Source: Clostridiales bacterium (GTDB lineage: Bacteria > Bacillota > Clostridia > Ch29). Taken from it: 62,406 bases of DNA. The notes below the pieces were generated by a model, which was not told the DNA's origin, searched no databases, and saw nothing but the letters and a program-made list of their open reading frames with translations. A program made the translations under genes and the position numbers. The first letter of the stretch is position 1, and each line of letters begins with the position of its first letter. Shown here piece after piece: positions 41,164 to 49,884 of the stretch. The DNA lies in the NCBI GenBank assembly GCA_012523075.1, contig JAAYJF010000112.1, positions 1 to 62,406 on the forward strand. Reading direction: 5' to 3'.

Positions 41164-41562
41164 AATTCTTCTCCCCCTGAAAATACGCACTTATACCATT
41201 ATATGAGACCTGATGGAATATTGTTTCAACAATCGGTGAACAAAAGGCGCGGGGCAAACTCTTTCCGGGAAGTTTCGTGGTCTTTGGGGGTACAAATCGG
41301 GCTTAAAACTCATAATATAATTAAATAAGAAATTTTATGCCAGTGTGATATCCGGCCAATTGAAATGCAATAGGCTGTATGATAAGATTTACCCGACAGT
41401 AAACAGTTGTAACCTCCCTTCTTTTTAAAGAGGCGGATAGGAAATGCAAAGGTTCTTAATGGTGGGTTTCTTTGCACCGTATGGGGTAAAAGACTTTGGC
41501 TGACGCAAAGAAACCTCTTAATAGGCATTAAGTCGGTATATTAGAGGAACAGGGGGAATTCT

Positions 41563-42906
41563 ATGGGTAAACTGTTTGGCACCGACGGTGTCAGGGGTAT
41601 AGCGAACGAGGAATTAACACCAGACCTTGCCTTCAAGCTGGCCCGGGCAGGATCAGCTGTCTTAGGCAACGGAATGAAAAGGCCGAGGTTTGTACTGGGA
41701 ACGGATACGCGTCTTTCTTCGGATATGCTGGAAAGCGCAATGGTCGCGGGGCTGTGTTCGGCAGGCAGCGATGCGGTAATGGTGGGCGTTGTTCCCACGC
41801 CGGCGATAGCCTACTTGATAAGGCATCTTGGCGCCGATGGTGGTATTGTGATATCTGCTTCCCACAATCCTGCCCAGTACAACGGGATAAAATTCTTCGA
41901 CCGTCACGGTTACAAGCTGGACGATGACATTGAAGAGGCCATAGAACAAATAGTGTTTGAGGGAGCCGACGGGGCACCATGCACCGGCGCTGACCTGGGC
42001 AGAAAAATAAACGAAACAAGGGGAATAAGGTACTACGCGGACTTCCTCAAGGATACGGTATCAGGGGACTTTGGAGGCCTGAAGGTGGCCGTTGACTGTG
42101 CCAACGGGGCAGCCTATAAAGTCGCTCCCCTGGTATTGACGGAACTTGGTGCTAAGGTAAGCGTCATAAACGACAGCCCTGACGGTACAAACATAAACTC
42201 CCGGTGCGGGTCCACCCATCCTGAGGAACTAGCAGCTTTTGTAAAAGAAAAGGGCTTGGATTTAGGCCTTGCCTTTGATGGTGATGCCGATCGGCTTATT
42301 GCGGTGGACGGTAGAGGTGAAATAATAGACGGTGACTATATAATGGCGGTCTGTGCCCGCAGGCTTAAGGACCAGGGCAAACTTGCGGGGGATGCCGTGG
42401 TTGCCACCGTTATGTCCAACCTGGGGCTGCACAAGGCCCTGGAGAAAATAGGCTGCAGGGTGGAAGAGACCAAGGTGGGAGACAGGTACGTGCTTCAGAG
42501 GATGATGGAAAAAGGGTACAGCCTTGGGGGAGAGCAGTCGGGGCATATAATATTCCTGGAACAAAACACCACTGGCGACGGCCTGCTTACAGCATTGCAG
42601 CTGCTGGACAGCATCAGGTATTTCGATAAAAGCCTTGCAGAGCTTTGCAGTACGATGGAGAAATTTCCCCAGGTATTGGTCAATGCAAGGGTGAAGAATT
42701 CCAGGAAGGAATGCTACATCCAGGATGAAGTTGTTCGTAGCGAAATAGAAAGGGTACAAAACCAGCTTGAAGGTAACGGCAGGGTGCTAATAAGGCCTTC
42801 GGGGACCGAGCCCCTTGTGAGGATTATGCTGGAGGGGCAGGATGCCGGGCAGCTTAAGCTGTACGCTGAGAATCTTGCAAAACTCATTGAAAGCCGTTTG
42901 GCCTAG
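41563..42906 (+). CDS. glmM: phosphoglucosamine mutase
   Basis: MGKLFGTDGVRG...SASHNPAQYNGIK. Confidence 0.96.
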   Translation: MGKLFGTDGVRGIANEELTPDLAFKLARAGSAVLGNGMKRPRFVLGTDTRLSSDMLESAMVAGLCSAGSDAVMVGVVPTPAIAYLIRHLGADGGIVISASHNPAQYNGIKFFDRHGYKLDDDIEEAIEQIVFEGADGAPCTGADLGRKINETRGIRYYADFLKDTVSGDFGGLKVAVDCANGAAYKVAPLVLTELGAKVSVINDSPDGTNINSRCGSTHPEELAAFVKEKGLDLGLAFDGDADRLIAVDGRGEIIDGDYIMAVCARRLKDQGKLAGDAVVATVMSNLGLHKALEKIGCRVEETKVGDRYVLQRMMEKGYSLGGEQSGHIIFLEQNTTGDGLLTALQLLDSIRYFDKSLAELCSTMEKFPQVLVNARVKNSRKECYIQDEVVRSEIERVQNQLEGNGRVLIRPSGTEPLVRIMLEGQDAGQLKLYAENLAKLIESRLA

Positions 42907-42923
42907 GCAGCCGAGGACAAGCG

Positions 42924-42952
42924 GGGACAAGGGACGGTTCTTTGTCCCTTTT
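42924..42952 (+). terminator. rho-independent terminator, identical 29-mer to 21412-21440
   Basis: gggacaagggacggttctttgtccctttt. Confidence 0.75.
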
Positions 42953-43029
42953 ATCCGTTATGTAAAGGAGGTGATGCATTAGAGAATGTTATTGGAAAAG
43001 AGGGAGATGATAACAAACATTGAGGGATA

Positions 43030-43275
43030 CTAAGCGCCAGGGCTCCTTTTTCAACGGGCAATTGTGCGAATTGTGTGCCAAAAACGCGGGCGCTAGAACG
43101 CCTACCAATCGCGCATTGTGTGCAACGTGCCGCGAGTATCTTATAAAAGGAGTTGACGAGGTCCGGGGCTTATCGAGGTTTTCGGCGGATGGTCCCGCGG
43201 TATACTGCTACCGTAAAGGCCCCACAAATCCACCGGGTGACCGATGGGACAAAGGGGGCCGGGCAGTCAACAATA
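43030..43275 (+). ncRNA. glmS ribozyme: glmS ribozyme
   Basis: A/GCGCCAG cleavage-site motif at 43033. Core GUUGACGAGG...UUAUCGAGGUUUUCGGCGGAUG...CCC...GGUGAC...GGGACAAAGG matches the remembered Thermoanaerobacter/Bacillus ribozyme core. Confidence 0.88.
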
Positions 43276-43300
43276 CTTTTTAAAAGGAGAAAATACCACC

Positions 43301-44410
43301 ATGTGTGAAATAGAAAAAAGCGGCTATCCCCATTATATGCTTAAGGAGATATACGAACAGCCGGAGGTAATAAAACGAACACTAAAAGAAAGACTGATAC
43401 CGGGAAGTGAGGGAATAGTTCTTGATGGTATAGGGCTGACCCAAAGAGAGCTGGACGGCGTGCACAGGATGGTAATAGTCGCCTGCGGCACATCCTATCA
43501 TGCGGGGCTTGCTGGCAAATACCTTATTGAAAGTTTAGCCGGGATACCGGTAGAAGTGGAGATAGCATCCGAGTTCCGGTACAGGAGCCCGGCGGTGGAC
43601 AAAAACAGCCTTGTTATAGTAATCAGCCAGTCGGGGGAAACCGCCGACACTCTTGATGCATTGAGGACGGCAAAGGGAAAAGGCGCCCGTGTTCTTGCCA
43701 TAACAAATGTGGTGGGCAGCACAATACCCAGGGAAGCGGACTATTCCATTTATACCTGCGCAGGCCCCGAAGTTTCGGTGGCTTCCACAAAGGCCTACAC
43801 GTCGCAGCTAATAGTCATCTACTTAATAGCGTTGCAACTGGCTTATATAAAGGGAGGTATCGGCCGGGAAGTATACCGGCAAATGTTGGAGGCGGTAAAC
43901 AGGCTTCCGGAGCAGGCGCAAAAGATGCTGGACTGTTCACAGTCAATGAAGGAACTGGCCGGGAAACATAAGGATATAGAAAAGATTGTATACCTGGGTA
44001 GGGGCCTTGACTATGCACTGGCCCTTGAGGGGTCGCTTAAGTTCAAGGAGACATGCTATATTCATTCGGCTGCTTATCCGGGGGGCGAGTTCAGGCATGG
44101 ACCTATTGCCCTGGTGGAGGAAGGACTTTTGGTAGTTTTGCTTGCAACCCAGGACGCTCTTATTGACAAAACCCTTGCCAATTTAAAAGAGGTAAAGGAC
44201 AGGGGAGCCTACGTGGTGGCCCTGGCCAAGGAGGGCGACGGGGAAGTAGGTAAATTGGCAGACAGGGTAGTATATATACCCGATATTTTCGATGAGTTCA
44301 CATCGGCGCTGGCGGTAATACCGCTCCAGCTTTTTGCCTATTACTCAGCGGTAGCCCGGGGTCGTAACGTTGACAGGCCTCGGAGCCTTGTAAAAAGCGT
44401 TACCGACTAA
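43301..44410 (+). CDS. glmS: GlmS-like protein consisting only of the two SIS (isomerase) domains; glutaminase domain absent
   Basis: MCEIEKSGYPHYMLKEIYEQPEV... aligns with the start of the GlmS isomerase domain (E. coli ...DKGIYRHYMQKEIYEQP), and the protein ends ...RPRSLVKSVTD like GlmS. 369 aa against about 600 expected. Confidence 0.85.
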   Translation: MCEIEKSGYPHYMLKEIYEQPEVIKRTLKERLIPGSEGIVLDGIGLTQRELDGVHRMVIVACGTSYHAGLAGKYLIESLAGIPVEVEIASEFRYRSPAVDKNSLVIVISQSGETADTLDALRTAKGKGARVLAITNVVGSTIPREADYSIYTCAGPEVSVASTKAYTSQLIVIYLIALQLAYIKGGIGREVYRQMLEAVNRLPEQAQKMLDCSQSMKELAGKHKDIEKIVYLGRGLDYALALEGSLKFKETCYIHSAAYPGGEFRHGPIALVEEGLLVVLLATQDALIDKTLANLKEVKDRGAYVVALAKEGDGEVGKLADRVVYIPDIFDEFTSALAVIPLQLFAYYSAVARGRNVDRPRSLVKSVTD

Positions 44411-44484
44411 TCACAGGTAATTACAGAGACGGTTGTGTTGTAGGAAAATGCGAAACAAAGATTATTTATAACGGGAGGTATTTT

Positions 44485-44760
44485 GTGGATAGAAAACTAA
44501 AATGTCTACGTTGTGGTAATCCGATGGAATTCGTAGAAAGCGAAAAAATACAATTGGGAGAAAGAGGAATACCTTTTTCTCACGTTATAGCAGGGGCATT
44601 AGAGGTTGATATCTATTATTGCAAAGAATGCGGGAAATTGGAATTTTATCATACAAAGGATGCGCTTCTTACAAAGATTCAATGCCCCAGTTGTGGGAAA
44701 ACCCATGACAAAGACTACCGAAAATGTCCATTCTGTAAATATGATTACAGGGCTAAATAG
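44485..44760 (+). CDS. small double zinc-ribbon protein
   Basis: Four CxxC pairs (CLRC, CKEC, CPSC, CPFC); GTG start after GGGAGG. Confidence 0.6.
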   Translation: MDRKLKCLRCGNPMEFVESEKIQLGERGIPFSHVIAGALEVDIYYCKECGKLEFYHTKDALLTKIQCPSCGKTHDKDYRKCPFCKYDYRAK

Positions 44761-44837
44761 CATAGGAAGTTATTTTGGGCTGACACCAATCACCCTTGGC
44801 ATAACAAATCCTTATTACGCAGCTGCAGGAAAATGCG

Positions 44838-44885
44838 TAATAAGCACTTTTGTCATCCTGAGCGAAGCGAAGGATCTCATGATAC
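44838..44885 (-). repeat. solo unit of the GTCATCCTGAGCGAAGCGAAGGATC repeat
   Basis: ttttgtcatcctgagcgaagcgaaggatctcatg is the reverse complement of the right-arm unit of copies A-C. Confidence 0.8.
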
Positions 44886-44949
44886 ACATTATTCTTAAAT
44901 TGTGAAGGATCCGGGAGAAAATGCTCCAAAAAACGAAACCATTATAGGC

Positions 44950-44982
44950 TTGACTAACGAAGACATTTTATGGTAATATAAT
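44950..44982 (+). promoter_or_regulatory. candidate sigma-A promoter of the gcv operon
   Basis: TTGACT-N18-TAATAT (overlapping TATAAT). Confidence 0.45.
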
Positions 44983-45025
44983 GCAAACCCTATTATGGGA
45001 ATGATAATAAAAAAGGAGAAACGAG

Positions 45026-46132
45026 ATGGATAATTTAAAAAAGACTTCTTTGTTTCCCAGTTACAAAAAGCATGGAGCTAAGCTGGTGGATTACGCCGGC
45101 TGGTCCATGCCGGTGGAGTTTTCCGGTCTGACTCGTGAGCATGAGGCCGTGCGCACCGCTGCCGGTCTATTTGATGTCTCTCATATGGGAGAGATCGAAG
45201 TGAAGGGAAAAGAGGCCACAGAGTACCTTCAGTATCTGCTCACCAACAACATCGGGATAATGCATGACAATCAAATAATTTACGCCTTCATGTGCTATGA
45301 AAATGGCGGTGTAGTAGACGACCTGCTGGTTTATAAGTATTCCGCAGGTCATTATCTCCTTGTTGTGAATGCGGCGAACATGGAAAAAGATTATCAGTGG
45401 ATGCTGGATCAAAAGGGAGACTATCAAGTAGAAATTGACAACCTTTCAGATCAGTTTTCCGAGGTGGCCTTGCAGGGACCAAAGGCCGAAGCCATACTTC
45501 AGAGGCTCACAGACACCGATCTTTCTAAGGTTCCCTCTTTCTATCTGAAACGGGACGTGAAGATTGCCGGAGCGAATTGCCTGTTGTCGAGGACCGGCTA
45601 TACCGGGGAGGACGGGTTTGAAATCTATCTCGGTCACGAGGACGCTCCTTTGGTGTGGGAAAAAATCTTGGAAGTAGGCAAGGCGGACGGAGTGGTTCCT
45701 GTAGGTTTAGGTGCCAGGGATACCTTGCGCTTTGAAGCTGCTCTCCCGCTATATGGTAACGAAATCTCCCAGGATATATCGCCTCTGGAGGCGGGGCTGG
45801 GGTACTTTGTTAAGTTCGACAAAGGGGATTTCATTGGAAGGGAAGCACTTTTTGCGCAAAAGCAGGAGGGTCCCGCAAGAAAGCTGATAGGCTTCGAAAT
45901 GACCGAAAGAGGGATACCGAGGCATGGCTACCCTGTCCTTTCAGAAGGAAAGGAAATAGGTTTTGTAACTACCGGTTATTATTCCCCCACGCTGGGCAAA
46001 AGCATCGGTTTCGCACTGGTACAAAAAGAGTATGCAAATTTGGGAGACACCGTTGAAATTCAGATTCGGAAAAAAACTGCGAAAGCCAAAATTGTTGACA
46101 AGAGATTCTATGCGAAAAACTATAAAAAATAA
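45026..46132 (+). CDS. gcvT: glycine cleavage system T protein (aminomethyltransferase)
   Basis: Translation. Confidence 0.95.
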   Translation: MDNLKKTSLFPSYKKHGAKLVDYAGWSMPVEFSGLTREHEAVRTAAGLFDVSHMGEIEVKGKEATEYLQYLLTNNIGIMHDNQIIYAFMCYENGGVVDDLLVYKYSAGHYLLVVNAANMEKDYQWMLDQKGDYQVEIDNLSDQFSEVALQGPKAEAILQRLTDTDLSKVPSFYLKRDVKIAGANCLLSRTGYTGEDGFEIYLGHEDAPLVWEKILEVGKADGVVPVGLGARDTLRFEAALPLYGNEISQDISPLEAGLGYFVKFDKGDFIGREALFAQKQEGPARKLIGFEMTERGIPRHGYPVLSEGKEIGFVTTGYYSPTLGKSIGFALVQKEYANLGDTVEIQIRKKTAKAKIVDKRFYAKNYKK

Positions 46133-46148
46133 ATGGAGGTAAAAAATA

Positions 46149-46532
46149 ATGGTAACGGTAGGAGGCTTGTATTATTCGAAAGACCATGAGTGGGTAAAGG
46201 TTGACGGGAAAAAAGCTCTTATAGGAATCACCGACTATGCTCAGAACGCGCTTGGTGAAATCGTTTACGTGGAACTCCCGGATATGGGTACAGAGTACAA
46301 GGCCGGGGACGTATTCTGCGTAATTGAATCCGTAAAGGCCGCTGCGGATTCTTTCACTCCGGTTTCTGGAAAGGTCGTGGAAGTCAATGAAGAGTTGGAG
46401 GATTCTCCCCAGCTTTTGAACGAAGGTCCTTATGATAACTGGATTGTGGCCATTGAAATGGACGACTCTTCCGAACTGGAAAACCTGATGGACGAGCAAG
46501 CTTACAAAATGTTTTGTGAAAAGGAGGAATGA
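46149..46532 (+). CDS. gcvH: glycine cleavage system H protein
   Basis: Lipoyl-lysine motif VIESVKAA. Confidence 0.95.
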   Translation: MVTVGGLYYSKDHEWVKVDGKKALIGITDYAQNALGEIVYVELPDMGTEYKAGDVFCVIESVKAAADSFTPVSGKVVEVNEELEDSPQLLNEGPYDNWIVAIEMDDSSELENLMDEQAYKMFCEKEE

Positions 46533-46533
46533 C

Positions 46534-47871
46534 ATGCATAGATATATTCCCAACACAGATGCCGACGCCAAGGCCATGCTGGACGTAATTGGGATAAAAT
46601 CCATGGACCAATTGTTCCAAGGTATTCCCGACGACCTGATTCTAAAGAGGGCCCTTAAGTTAGATTCTGGCATATCTGAGCTGGAAATCGAGCGAAAGAT
46701 GAAAGAGTTGGGTAAAAAGAACCGGTCTACCGATGACCTGGTTTGTTTCCTTGGAGCCGGTGCCTATGACCATTACATACCCTCCATAATCAAACATCTG
46801 GCGAAAAGGTCTGAATTTTACACGGCATACACGCCTTACCAGCCGGAAATAAGCCAGGGCACCCTTCAGGCAATCTTCGAATACCAGACTATGATCTGCA
46901 ACCTTACAGGGATGGATGTGAGCAATGCCTCTTTATACGACGGAGCTACCGCCTGTGCAGAAGCGGCCATCATGGCGGTGGACAGCACCCGGCGGAATAC
47001 CGTCTTAGTGTCGGAGACAATGCATCCGGAAACCCGGCAGGTACTAAAAAGCTATATGCATTCCAGGGAAATAAACATCGCGGAGATTCCAATGGCAGAC
47101 GGGGTCACCGACCCGGAGATGCTGAAGAAACTCATTGATGCAGACAGCGCGGCTGTCATCGTCCAGAGCCCCAACTTCTTCGGCATCGTTGAAGACTTGA
47201 CAGAGATTGAGAAAATCACCCATGGCAATAGGTCGCTTTTGGTCAGCTCGGTGGATCCTATTTCCCTGGCCATCTTAAAAAAACCGGCCGAATATGGAGT
47301 GGATATCGCCGTGGGGGATGCCCAGGTCCTGGGCAACAACCTGAACTACGGAGGACCATACATTGGATTTATGGCTGCCACTTCAAAGCTCATGAGAAAG
47401 ATGCCTGGCAGGATGGTGGGGCAGTCGCTGGACGTAGACGGCAGGCGAGCCTTTGTACTGACCCTGCAGGCCAGGGAACAGCATATCCGGCGCTACAAGG
47501 CTACCTCGAATATCTGTTCCAACCAGAGCTTGAACGCTCTGATTGCCTCCATTTATATGGTTACCATGGGAAAGAAAGGCCTACGGGAAGTGGCACTTCA
47601 GATTACGGAAAAAGCTTATTATGCTGCGGGCAGGCTCACAGCAGGAGGCAAATACAAGTTAGCTTTCGACCAGCCGTTCTTCAGGGAATTTGCCCTAATT
47701 GGACCGAAGGATGCGGACCTTATAAACAGAGAACTGCTTGCTAATAACATCCTAGGAGGCTACAACCTCAACAAGGAATACGGGATTGAAAACGGTGTTT
47801 TGCTGTGCGTCACAGAAAAAAGGACAAAGCAGGAAATTGATCAGCTGACAGATCTAATGGAGGTGATCTGA
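46534..47871 (+). CDS. gcvPA: glycine dehydrogenase (decarboxylating) subunit 1
   Basis: MHRYIPNTD...; ATG 46534 follows AAGGAGG. Confidence 0.95.
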   Translation: MHRYIPNTDADAKAMLDVIGIKSMDQLFQGIPDDLILKRALKLDSGISELEIERKMKELGKKNRSTDDLVCFLGAGAYDHYIPSIIKHLAKRSEFYTAYTPYQPEISQGTLQAIFEYQTMICNLTGMDVSNASLYDGATACAEAAIMAVDSTRRNTVLVSETMHPETRQVLKSYMHSREINIAEIPMADGVTDPEMLKKLIDADSAAVIVQSPNFFGIVEDLTEIEKITHGNRSLLVSSVDPISLAILKKPAEYGVDIAVGDAQVLGNNLNYGGPYIGFMAATSKLMRKMPGRMVGQSLDVDGRRAFVLTLQAREQHIRRYKATSNICSNQSLNALIASIYMVTMGKKGLREVALQITEKAYYAAGRLTAGGKYKLAFDQPFFREFALIGPKDADLINRELLANNILGGYNLNKEYGIENGVLLCVTEKRTKQEIDQLTDLMEVI

Positions 47872-49329
47872 TTGAGAGGCTATAACAAGTTGATCTTTGA
47901 ACTTTCAAAAGAAGGCAGAAACGCTTTTTCGCTCCCGGAAAACGATGTGGGAAGGACACCTCTTGAGGACATGCTTCCTGCCCATCTCCTTACAAAAGAG
48001 GAAGTAGAACTGCCGGAAGTCAGCGAAGTGGATGTGGTTAGGCATTATACTCTGCTGTCCAAAAAAAATTACGGATTGGACACGGGGTTCTATCCTTTGG
48101 GGTCCTGCACTATGAAATACAACCCGAAAATCAACGAGGATATGTCCTCTTTAGACTGTTTCGCTAATCTCCATCCCTATCAGCCTGAGGATACCGTGCA
48201 GGGGGCCCTGGCCCTCATGTACGACCTGGACTACATGCTTTCAGAGATAAGCGGCATGAGCAGAGTATCTCTGCAGCCGGCTGCGGGGGCCCACGGGGAA
48301 ATGGTTGGGCTGATGATAATCAAGGCGTACCACAAAAAAAGAGGGGACAACAAGAGGACGAAGATTATAGTGCCCGATTCCGCCCATGGGACCAACCCGG
48401 CCAGCGCTGCGATGGTGGGTTTCGACATTATTGAGATCAAATCCACCAAGGACGGCGCCGTTGATATGGAAGACCTCAAGGCAGCATTAAGCGATGAGGT
48501 GGCGGGGCTGATGCTCACTAACCCCAGTACGCTGGGGCTCTTTGAAAAGAACATAAAGGAGATCGCCGATCTGGTCCACGAGGCAGGAGGCCTGCTGTAT
48601 TACGACGGGGCCAATATGAATGCCATTATGGGTATCTCCAGGCCCGGTGATATGGGCTTCGATGTGATTCATTACAATCTTCATAAGACCTTTTCTACTC
48701 CTCACGGGGGTGGCGGCCCCGGGGCCGGCCCGGTGGGTGTAAAGGAACATCTGGTGGAGTTCCTGCCCGTTCCCATGATTGAGAAATCAGGCGATAGATA
48801 CTTCCTTGATTATGACAAACCCTATTCTATAGGCAAGATTAAAAGCTTCTACGGCCATTTCGGCGTAATGGTACGGGCGTATACCTATATACTGGCCATG
48901 GGTGCAGAGGGGTTGAAAGATGCGAGCCGCAAGGCGGTTTTAAATGCCAACTATATGATGGCCCGGTTGAAGGAGTATTACAAGCTGCCCATCGATGAGA
49001 TTTGCCAGCATGAGTTCGTGCTTGGAGGTTTGAAAGACGGAACTGATGAAGTAACTACGCTGGATATTGCTAAGAGGCTAATAGATTATGGATACCATCC
49101 GCCTACCATCTATTTCCCGCTCATCGTCCATGAAGCCATAATGGTGGAGCCCACCGAAACTGAAAGCCGTGAAACTTTGGATGAATTCATCGATGCCATG
49201 ATTCGTATTGCTGAGGAAGCCAAGGAGAATCCACAGGTTCTAAAAGAGGCACCTCACAATACCCCGGTGCGCAGGATCGATGAAGTGCTGGCAGCCAGAA
49301 AACCCGTTCTGAAATGGCAGAATGATTAG
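47872..49329 (+). CDS. gcvPB: glycine dehydrogenase (decarboxylating) subunit 2
   Basis: TTG start; [21 protein letters not shown] region. Confidence 0.95.
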   Translation: MRGYNKLIFELSKEGRNAFSLPENDVGRTPLEDMLPAHLLTKEEVELPEVSEVDVVRHYTLLSKKNYGLDTGFYPLGSCTMKYNPKINEDMSSLDCFANLHPYQPEDTVQGALALMYDLDYMLSEISGMSRVSLQPAAGAHGEMVGLMIIKAYHKKRGDNKRTKIIVPDSAHGTNPASAAMVGFDIIEIKSTKDGAVDMEDLKAALSDEVAGLMLTNPSTLGLFEKNIKEIADLVHEAGGLLYYDGANMNAIMGISRPGDMGFDVIHYNLHKTFSTPHGGGGPGAGPVGVKEHLVEFLPVPMIEKSGDRYFLDYDKPYSIGKIKSFYGHFGVMVRAYTYILAMGAEGLKDASRKAVLNANYMMARLKEYYKLPIDEICQHEFVLGGLKDGTDEVTTLDIAKRLIDYGYHPPTIYFPLIVHEAIMVEPTETESRETLDEFIDAMIRIAEEAKENPQVLKEAPHNTPVRRIDEVLAARKPVLKWQND

Positions 49330-49359
49330 CATTGCATTGTAAAAATGACGAGAGGTGAC

Positions 49360-49662
49360 ATGATGTTTGCAGTGGACGGTAACTACCAAAAAGCTTTTAA
49401 GGATGCAATTACTGCTTCGCTGAAGGAAAGGACTGAAAAGGCCTGTGCCACGTGAGACCTCGCAAGCGTGCTTGCAGGCGCATGGGGCGTCATGAAAGAA
49501 GTGGGCCCGGAACAAGTGGAAGGGCTAAAGGAGTATATTGAGGCATTAGAGGGTACCCAGGTCATGCTGGACGATGGGAAGGTAGCGGAAATATTGAAGG
49601 CCGATATTAAGGAGAGGAAAGGAAAAGCTACGCTGATCTTCCGATATCAGCTGCAGTCCTGA
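49360..49662 (+). CDS. candidate small selenoprotein (CxxU) read through an in-frame TGA at 49453-49455
   Basis: Both halves are in the same frame (hand-checked codon by codon). The context is C-A-T-TGA. A hairpin at 49458-49478 lies immediately downstream. AGAGGTG RBS before ATG 49360/49363. Confidence 0.45.
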
Positions 49663-49682
49663 CTCTAATAAAGTCTCGGTTT

Positions 49683-49719
49683 AAAACAGCCTTTTGCCGT
49701 TGTGGCCAAAGGCTGTTTT
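49683..49719 (+). terminator. rho-independent terminator
   Basis: AAAACAGCCTTT...AAAGGCTGTTTT followed by ATAAA. Confidence 0.75.
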
Positions 49720-49884
49720 ATAAACCGCGCTATCCAGGGACGTAGCGCCGTTTATCCCGCCGCTTGCGCCAGCAGTTCCAGCATTGCGTTTTTTACAATA
49801 CGTGGAAATATAAGCAGCGGGCCGGAAAGGTGGTATTAGCGGCGGTAGTCATCGGAAAAGTATTAACATAGGAGCGGGGATGCT

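Noticed and set aside
41310-41528. 72-aa minus-strand ORF, together with the 118-aa plus-strand ORF at 40972..41328, upstream of glmM.
   Set aside because: No RBS is present and the composition is non-protein-like (the translations are rich in Cys, His, Phe and Leu). The second ORF is antisense to the aminotransferase gene start.
43095-43115. Internal GCGCUAGAACGCC considered as a possible second or true glmS ribozyme cleavage site.
   Set aside because: The upstream AGCGCCAGG at 43033, together with the GCUCCUUUU/AAAAGGAG P1 pairing, gives a consistent canonical architecture. The internal motif lacks the flanking core.
43020-43283. 87-aa plus-strand ORF between glmM and glmS.
   Set aside because: It coincides with the glmS ribozyme, so the sequence is explained by the RNA structure.
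44606-44905. 99-aa plus-strand ORF ending ...VILSEAKDLMIHIILKL.
   Set aside because: It is out of frame within the zinc-ribbon gene and then runs through intergenic DNA and the solo repeat unit, so it is an artefact.
44886-45025. Searched for a glycine riboswitch upstream of gcvT.
   Set aside because: No GGAGAG...CACCGAAGGGGCAA...CUCUGGAGAG-type aptamer motifs are present. Only a sigma-A-like promoter and an RBS are visible.
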